NCBI GenBank assembly: GCA_900768545.1
Contig: CAAGDD010000003.1
Coordinates: forward strand, 82,097-146,096
From: Clostridia bacterium
GTDB lineage: Bacteria > Bacillota > Clostridia > Christensenellales > UBA1242
DNA: 64,000 bases
Direction: 5' to 3'
The notes below the pieces were generated by a model. The model saw nothing but the letters and a program-made list of their open reading frames with translations. It was not told the origin of the DNA and did not search any database. The translations under genes and the position numbers were made by a program. This document shows, in pieces, positions 57,656 through 64,000 of this stretch (position 1 is its first letter; each line of letters begins with the position of its first letter).

Positions 57656-58081
57656 ATGAAAGAAAGAGCAAACAATATTCAAAAACTTATCGAAGGAAAA
57701 TTTGAAGTATCAAAGGCTGATGCTGAATTGTATAGTTTTGTTGGCAGTGTAAACAAAATTTTGGAAGAATGCGAACAACCTACATTTAGAACAGCAGAAG
57801 TTTTGGTATATTTGGTTAAGATGCCAGAAGGAAAAGATTACAAACTTGTTACATCTTTGAGAGTTTCTGTAAACGGTGAAAAAGAACGCATCATCATCAC
57901 AAGAGCAAAAAGAAACAAAGAAGATGTTATTTTGCAAATGTCTAGTGAATCTTTGTCTTTTGATCAAAAAACAAACAAAGCAAAGCTTACAAAAGTTGAA
58001 GGAATGAGAAAGACAGTTTACAATTATTCTTTAAACAAGAGAAAATTCATCGCTGACGATAGACATGAAATGATTAGATAA
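57656..58081 (+). CDS. hypothetical protein (141 aa)
   Basis: Start moved to ATG 57656 (AGAGAGGA upstream). Promoter-like TTGACA 57608 and TGaTATCAT 57628-57636. Confidence 0.5.
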   Translation: MKERANNIQKLIEGKFEVSKADAELYSFVGSVNKILEECEQPTFRTAEVLVYLVKMPEGKDYKLVTSLRVSVNGEKERIIITRAKRNKEDVILQMSSESLSFDQKTNKAKLTKVEGMRKTVYNYSLNKRKFIADDRHEMIR

Positions 58082-58311
58082 TAAGTTTTAAAACGAAACC
58101 TATTTGTCTGTTTCAAATTAAACAAAGTTAAAAAAAACATTAAAAATAGAAAAAACACCAAATTTTGGTGTTTTTTTTGTTGTTATTTTGATTTTTTAAT
58201 CAATTTTGATTTGCTTTGAGTTAAAAATATATGTCAAATTTTTGTTTAAAATATAATTTCTGTTAAATTTGGGGTGTTTAAAATGCGTCATTTTTAAATT
58301 TGCTTAACCAT

Positions 58312-59892
58312 TTAATTTTTATATTTTTCCATATATTCTTCATAAGACATTTGCTTGTCGATAATTGTGTTTTCATCAACGATATCGATCACGCGATTTG
58401 CAACGGTTTCAATGATTTCTTGGTCGCCGGTAGCAAAAAGCATACAGCCTTTGAAGTTGACCATTCCTTTGTTTAAAGAAGTGATGCTTTCAAGGTCGAG
58501 GTGGTTTGTAGGTTCGTCCAAAATCAAAACGTTTCCTGCTTCAAGCATAAGTTTTGCAAGCATACATCTAACTTTTTCACCACCTGAAAGAACATTTACT
58601 TCTTTCAAACTTTCTTCACCAGAGAAAAGCATTCTGCCCAGCCAGCCGCGAATATAACTTTCGGCTTGGTCTTTTGAAAATTGACGAAGCCAGTCAATCA
58701 TATTAAGGTGGCAGTTTTCAAAATATTCACGATTGTCTTGTGGAAGATAAGAATATTTGATTGTTTTTCCCCAACGGATTGTTCCGCTGTCCGCTTCTTC
58801 TTTTCCTGACAAAATATTGAAAAGTGTGGTCAAGACCAAACTGTTTGAAGAAAGAAAAACAATTTTTTGTCCGTGTTCAACTGTGAAAGAAAGGTTTTTA
58901 AACATTCCTTTTTTGCACAAGTTTTCAACTTTCAAAATTTCTTTTCCAATTTCTTGTTCATATTTAAAATCAACATAAGGATATTTTCTTGAAGAAGGCT
59001 TAAAATCTTCAATAGTGAGTTTTTCAAGTTCTTTCTTTCGGCTTGTGGCTTGTTTAGATTTTGAAGCGTTTGCCGAGAAGCGGGCGATAAAGTCTTTGAG
59101 TTCTTTTGCGCGTTGTTCGGCCTTTTTGTTTTGTTCTTTCGCTTGACGAGCCAAAAGTTGGCTGGTTTCATACCAAAAATCGTAGTTTCCAAGATACATA
59201 TTGATTTCGCCAAAGTCAACATCACAAATGTGTGTGCAGACTTTGTTTAAAAAGTGTCTATTGTGCGAAACGATAATAACGATATTTTCAAAATCAAGCA
59301 AAAAGTTTTCGAGCCAACGAATTGTCTTGAAGTCAAGGTTGTTTGTAGGTTCGTCCAAAATCAAAATGTCGGGATTTCCAAACAATGCTTGTGCAAGCAA
59401 AACTTTGACTTTTACTTTTGAGTCAAGTGTTGACATAAGGTCATAAAAACAACTCTCTTCAACCCCCAAGTTTTGAAGCAAACTTTTTGCTTCGCCGTCG
59501 GCTTCCCAGCCACCAAGTTCAGCAAATTCGGTTTCAAGTTCGCCAGCACGAATACCATCTTCATCGTTAAAATCTGGCTTTGCGTAAAGTTCGTCTTTTT
59601 CTTTTTGAATTTCCATCAATCTTTTGTGACCAAGCAAAACTGTGTCCAAAACTGTTTCGTTGTCATATTTGTTTTGGTTTTGTTCCAAAACAGACATTCT
59701 CTCACCGGGAGAAATGATTACTTCGCCAGTGTTTGGCTCAATTTCTCCTGTCAAGATTTTCAAGAATGTAGATTTTCCAGCACCGTTTGCGCCGATAATG
59801 CCATAACAGTTTCCTTTTGTAAATTTCAAATTTACATCTTTATACAATTTTCTTCCGCCGAAAGCGAGTGAAACATTTGATGTTTGTATCAT
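58312..59892 (-). CDS. ABC-F family ATPase (two ABC domains, no TM domain)
   Basis: Two Walker A sites, including GANGAGKST; LSGGE signatures; a charged inter-domain linker rich in K/E/Q. Confidence 0.85.
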   Translation of the reverse strand: MIQTSNVSLAFGGRKLYKDVNLKFTKGNCYGIIGANGAGKSTFLKILTGEIEPNTGEVIISPGERMSVLEQNQNKYDNETVLDTVLLGHKRLMEIQKEKDELYAKPDFNDEDGIRAGELETEFAELGGWEADGEAKSLLQNLGVEESCFYDLMSTLDSKVKVKVLLAQALFGNPDILILDEPTNNLDFKTIRWLENFLLDFENIVIIVSHNRHFLNKVCTHICDVDFGEINMYLGNYDFWYETSQLLARQAKEQNKKAEQRAKELKDFIARFSANASKSKQATSRKKELEKLTIEDFKPSSRKYPYVDFKYEQEIGKEILKVENLCKKGMFKNLSFTVEHGQKIVFLSSNSLVLTTLFNILSGKEEADSGTIRWGKTIKYSYLPQDNREYFENCHLNMIDWLRQFSKDQAESYIRGWLGRMLFSGEESLKEVNVLSGGEKVRCMLAKLMLEAGNVLILDEPTNHLDLESITSLNKGMVNFKGCMLFATGDQEIIETVANRVIDIVDENTIIDKQMSYEEYMEKYKN

Positions 59893-60599
59893 TGTTTTGT
59901 TTTATCTCCTTTAATAATAGTTGCAGTCGAATTGTTTAGCGAGAAGTTTTCAATTTTTTGTTGAGGTTTCTCGCTTTCGATTTTCTTTTCGGTCTTTTCT
60001 AGCGTTTTTACGCTTTGCACAACATTTTGTTCTTCGATTTGTTGTGCTAAAGCCTTGCTTTTTCGATTTTTGCGTTTTTTCAATATCTTTGATTTTTCAA
60101 GATATAAAAGTTCATATTTTTCTTCAAGATTTGTCAAATCAAATTTGTTGTCAAACTTGTCGTCAAAAAAGTCGGGAGTCAAACTTGACATAATTGGATC
60201 AATCATCAAAATCTCTTCAATGTTTTTTGTTTCGTCAAAATCAAATTTTCCAAAATCTCTCAAAATCATTTTTGTCAATTCTGCACGAAAATTTAAATAT
60301 AAATCAAGTTTTTCTGCAAAATTTTTCGAAAAAACATCAAAATTTGTGTGTTTTTTGAAATTTTTAATGTTTTCGATTGAATTTTTAAGCATCTTTTTGA
60401 TTTTCTTTTTGTCGCACTCTTCATACTTTGAAAGATCTATACAATCGCTCATTTGATTTAAAAACAATCTAGACTTGATCAAATCTTCGTCGATCAAAAA
60501 GTCTTTTGGCAAAAAATCAATGCCAAATTGTTTGTAATATTCTCCAAATCGTGGATTTATTAGATTTAGATAGTTGTAAATTGTTATATTTCTATTCAT
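59889..60599 (-). CDS. hypothetical protein (236 aa)
   Basis: Start moved to ATG 60599. Overlaps the ABC-F start by 4 nt (operon). No family recognised. Confidence 0.5.
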   Translation of the reverse strand: MNRNITIYNYLNLINPRFGEYYKQFGIDFLPKDFLIDEDLIKSRLFLNQMSDCIDLSKYEECDKKKIKKMLKNSIENIKNFKKHTNFDVFSKNFAEKLDLYLNFRAELTKMILRDFGKFDFDETKNIEEILMIDPIMSSLTPDFFDDKFDNKFDLTNLEEKYELLYLEKSKILKKRKNRKSKALAQQIEEQNVVQSVKTLEKTEKKIESEKPQQKIENFSLNNSTATIIKGDKTKQ

Positions 60600-60696
60600 A
60601 GTTATATTATAAACTAAAAGCCACGCTATGTCAAACAAAAGTTTGTTTTTGTTTTTCTTTTAAATTTTAAAGTTTTTAAAAATAACGAAGATTTTC

Positions 60697-60743
60697 AAAA
60701 AATACGCAAAAAATTCGAAAAAATTAACAAAAAATTGAAAAAA
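60697..60743. other. array of five phased A6 tracts upstream of the giant ORF
   Basis: A6 tracts at 60697, 60708, 60718, 60729 and 60738 (spacing 11, 10, 11, 9 nt). Confidence 0.6.
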
Positions 60744-60975
60744 TAATTAATTTTTTATATTTTTTTATATTTTTCACAAAAATCGCTTTGTCTTTTATTT
60801 ACGGGCGAAAAATTGTTTTTAAAATTATTTTTGAATATTTTTTATCATTTTTTTATTTATTTAAATATTTAAGATATTTTGTTTGGAAAATTTAATAAAA
60901 AATTGTATAATTAAAATGTCGAAAAATGTAAACAATAATAAATATTATTGTTGCGATTTGATTGGAGTTTTTTAA

Positions 60976-63900
60976 ATGAAAAAAGTATTAAGTCTTTGGA
61001 AAGTGATTTTGTTGGTTATCTCAGGCCTTATAGGTGTGGCCGGGGTGACTGTTTTGTCGGTTTATCTGACGGGTGGCTTTGATGAAAAACCTGTTCCACC
61101 AGAAGATCTGGCTGTTGAGAAGGTTGTTGACGGTCAAGGTTTTTACAATGAAGATCTTGGGCGCTTTGAAGTGTCAAGTGACTTTAAGTTGACAATTTCG
61201 ACAACAACCGAAAATGTCAATCAAAAGACAATCACTTTGTCATTGCCAGACGGACACATTGAAAACAGAATGATTGAAAATGATGTTTTGATTATTCCAC
61301 AAACAGTGACTTTGGGCACAGCGTTTGATGTTAAACTTAAAACAAGTTTCAATGCATACACAAATCAAGACTGGATCAATGGTGGACTTACGACAATCAC
61401 AGCAAAGTCAGAAAACATTTTGCTTGAATCGATCGATATCAAAGTGGCTGTCGATGTTCCAGTTTATAGAATTGATGCAGAGATATTAAATGCAAGCACA
61501 GAAAAAACTTCAACCGCATTGCGTCAACAAGTTGTTGTGGGCAGCACATTTGAAATTGAAACAAACTTTATCCCACAAAATAGCAAATATTTATATTGTG
61601 ACCAAACCAGAGTGAAAAAAGTTTTCTATGATCCTTATGTTTCAGCAGAATGTATATCTTACAATTTCACAACTGGAAAATTTGAAGCAAAAAAGAAAAC
61701 AACAACTTCAACAAACTACATAGACGTTAAAACTTTTGCAAACTCATATTATCAAGAATTGATTTTGGGACAAATCAACGCAACAAATTCAGAACTTTTG
61801 TCTTCAAGAGTGCTCCAAAAATTTGCAGAACTCGAAGCACAAGGCACTCGCGCTTATGTTTCGAAAAGAATTTATGTTGATGTTTTAGATGTCAGCGTAA
61901 ACAATGTTTCAATAGAAAAAGACGGAAAGAACTTGAATCAAGGTTATGTTGACAAGGTTTATAGACTTTCAACAAATTCTGCGACTTTTGACGACAAACT
62001 CGGCTTGTCGATCAAAGATAGTGCGTCAAACGAATTGTCACAATTATATGGCAAGGTCGGCATCAAATTGCCAAAGGCTGTAACAGGGCAAGCAAATCTT
62101 GACATTTGGGGCGGAAGATATGTTGTGGTTACTCAAACGGCCACAGGTTATACAATCAATGAAACAAACGACTTGACAGGCGTAAACCTTGATAGCGATT
62201 TGATTTCTGTTTACGTTTTGCCAGATTCTTCACCAAGCTCTTCAAATGATTATTTCTGGAACTTTGTTGCAGATGAAAAACTTTCGAAAACGCTTGAATT
62301 AAACTATTTCTTTGAAGACGAAGGAAAACTTAAAAACTTCTTCGATTTTGATAGCACTCTTTATTACAACAACAAAAAGATTTTCGAAAAGAATGCTGAC
62401 GGCTGGATCTATTTTGACACAACCCGCATTTGCGAATATGTTGAAGGTCAAAAATTTGTTGTAAATGCTGACGACAGCGTGTCTTATGGAGAAATTGAAG
62501 TTTTGACCAAACTTGGCGACAATTATTATTGCAACGCTGGCTCGATCAAGGTTTGTGCATATTATCAAAGTGCGACTTTCGAGCAAAGATCGGCAGAACC
62601 TACATTTACATACAGTGCAGATGTTTATGAAAATGAAAAAAATCCATCTTGGGGCAACGCAAACAGAGTTATCGACGATATGGTGATCTCTTATGACGAA
62701 CAAGGAAACTTGCGTGAAAGTTCTTATGACTTTGCAAGCGAATTGTTGCCAATCTCATCTGACAATGTTTATCAAACAGTAAGATATTTCCTTTATATTG
62801 ACAAGGCTATGCAAGATGGCCCAGATGTTGAAAACGGCGACTTGACCAAATTGTTTAGATGTGCTCCGGGCGTTGAATATGAAGGTTTGAACATCACTTT
62901 TGCTTCTCCAAAAAATGAAGGAATTTTCACTTTGTTCGAACTTGAAAGCACAACGATCACAGCAATCCAAAGTTATTCTGGCACAGTGCATTTGGTTGTT
63001 GCGACAGTCAAAACGACTCCAACAAAAGATTATCCAAACGGCGTTGTTAGACGCGAAAACGGAAAATATATCATTGACAAAGTTAGTTCTGCAAGAAATA
63101 TCACAGTTGAAAGCGTTTTGTCAATTTCAAAAATGAATCCAACTTTTGTAATTGACGATAAAGATTGTTATCTCAAAGATGAAGAACTTTATATCTCATC
63201 AGTAAACAAAAACGAATTGTATCAATCGAAAGATGTTTTGCAATTTAAACTTGAACTTCAAACAACCGACGCAGCAAACGACATTGCAAAAGTTCAAAAC
63301 TATTTCAACAGTCAAAAACTTCGTGTTGTTTGCGTTGATGAAAATGGTGACGAACCTGTAACTCCATACATTGTTTTGAAAGAAACTCCAACTTATGACG
63401 AAACGGCTTCATCGACCGGACTTTTGGTCTTTAATGCAACATTCGAAATTCAAGAAAGTGCATTCTTGCCAAACGGCGACGGAAAGATTGACACAAACGG
63501 CGTTAAACTTTCATTCAAACTCATTTACAACGACGGCAAAAACAGTTTTGAAAAAACTTTGACGAGAGATGGCGACGGCAGAACAGACTTTAAAGTTTAT
63601 TATGCCCAACCTGCATATTATGAATTTGCAAAATCAACAAACTTTGACGGAAACGGTACATTTGTTGTAAACAACAAGAGCGACTTCTCAATCACTTTGA
63701 AAAAATCTGACAACACTCAAGCAGATTTGACTGGTGAAACAAAAGATGAAAAACTCGGAACATTAAACGATTATTTGACAATCAAAATCAAAGACCAATT
63801 TGGACGCGAAATCAAAAACTCTGATGTTTATGGCGTTTTGATTGAAGAAAATGGCGGCAAATATCTTGGCTTAAACGAAGACGGATCAAAGATTGTTTCG

Positions 63901-64000
63901 TTTGCGTCAACTCAAGGAAAAACTGTTTCGACCACAATCAATATTTATGTTATCAACAAACAAAAACAAGCGGACGAAAAATATTGTTATGGAATAAACG
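60976..64000 (+). CDS. very large membrane-anchored/secreted protein, 3' end outside window (>1008 codons); absent from the supplied ORF track
   Basis: I translated the frame by hand from ATG 60976 (GGAG 8 nt upstream) to nt 64000 and met no stop. N-terminus: MKKVLSLWKVILLVISGLIGVAGVTVLSVYLTGG. The body is T/N/D/V-rich and beta-like. Confidence 0.75.
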   Translation, partial: MKKVLSLWKVILLVISGLIGVAGVTVLSVYLTGGFDEKPVPPEDLAVEKVVDGQGFYNEDLGRFEVSSDFKLTISTTTENVNQKTITLSLPDGHIENRMIENDVLIIPQTVTLGTAFDVKLKTSFNAYTNQDWINGGLTTITAKSENILLESIDIKVAVDVPVYRIDAEILNASTEKTSTALRQQVVVGSTFEIETNFIPQNSKYLYCDQTRVKKVFYDPYVSAECISYNFTTGKFEAKKKTTTSTNYIDVKTFANSYYQELILGQINATNSELLSSRVLQKFAELEAQGTRAYVSKRIYVDVLDVSVNNVSIEKDGKNLNQGYVDKVYRLSTNSATFDDKLGLSIKDSASNELSQLYGKVGIKLPKAVTGQANLDIWGGRYVVVTQTATGYTINETNDLTGVNLDSDLISVYVLPDSSPSSSNDYFWNFVADEKLSKTLELNYFFEDEGKLKNFFDFDSTLYYNNKKIFEKNADGWIYFDTTRICEYVEGQKFVVNADDSVSYGEIEVLTKLGDNYYCNAGSIKVCAYYQSATFEQRSAEPTFTYSADVYENEKNPSWGNANRVIDDMVISYDEQGNLRESSYDFASELLPISSDNVYQTVRYFLYIDKAMQDGPDVENGDLTKLFRCAPGVEYEGLNITFASPKNEGIFTLFELESTTITAIQSYSGTVHLVVATVKTTPTKDYPNGVVRRENGKYIIDKVSSARNITVESVLSISKMNPTFVIDDKDCYLKDEELYISSVNKNELYQSKDVLQFKLELQTTDAANDIAKVQNYFNSQKLRVVCVDENGDEPVTPYIVLKETPTYDETASSTGLLVFNATFEIQESAFLPNGDGKIDTNGVKLSFKLIYNDGKNSFEKTLTRDGDGRTDFKVYYAQPAYYEFAKSTNFDGNGTFVVNNKSDFSITLKKSDNTQADLTGETKDEKLGTLNDYLTIKIKDQFGREIKNSDVYGVLIEENGGKYLGLNEDGSKIVSFASTQGKTVSTTINIYVINKQKQADEKYCYGIN

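Overview
AT-rich (by eye about two-thirds A+T) chromosomal origin region of an anaerobic, low-GC Firmicute-like bacterium. Standard genetic code: TGA is used as a stop, for example parA ends in the ATGA overlap at 24457-24460. All calls come from motif recognition and reading the sequence; no database search was possible.

Core content:
- Origin-proximal housekeeping genes: jag-mnmE-mnmG-rsmG-parA-parB on the + strand (18-25.4 kb); yidC-yidD-rnpA-rpmH-dnaN-dnaA on the - strand (40.4-46.3 kb); recF on the + strand.
- Division genes: rsmH, a PASTA-containing PBP.
- Anaerobe markers: pflBA, rubrerythrin, desulfoferrodoxin.
- Metabolic and translation genes: asnA; glyQS with a Gly T-box; an enoate-reductase-like plus AcnX (DUF521/DUF126) operon.
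- Three tRNAs: Arg-UCG, Ser-UGA, Ser-GCU.

Most interesting observations:
1. Two tandem, integrase-less mini-islands appear to have accreted at tRNA-Ser(UGA) (10.7-15.3 kb). They are delimited by degenerate tRNA 3' end copies and each opens with the same ~240-nt noncoding module. One carries four orphan genes in two operons.
2. A 27-codon leader ORF with seven consecutive Asn codons, plus terminator and antiterminator pairings, lies upstream of asnA.
3. An 840-bp noncoding stretch after parB carries three perfect parS palindromes.
4. A GC-rich ~165-nt nested-helix element sits next to an orphan VirD4-like coupling protein.
5. The canonical origin gene order is rearranged. dnaA-dnaN is inverted in place with oriC in their spacer, and jag..parB is split from yidC and inverted. 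A near-identical inverted copy of the tRNA-Ser(GCU) 3' flank lies 14 kb from the tRNA.
6. A >1000-codon ORF (60976 to the window end) is absent from the supplied ORF track.
7. Arrays of helically phased A-tracts occur upstream of several genes and in oriC.
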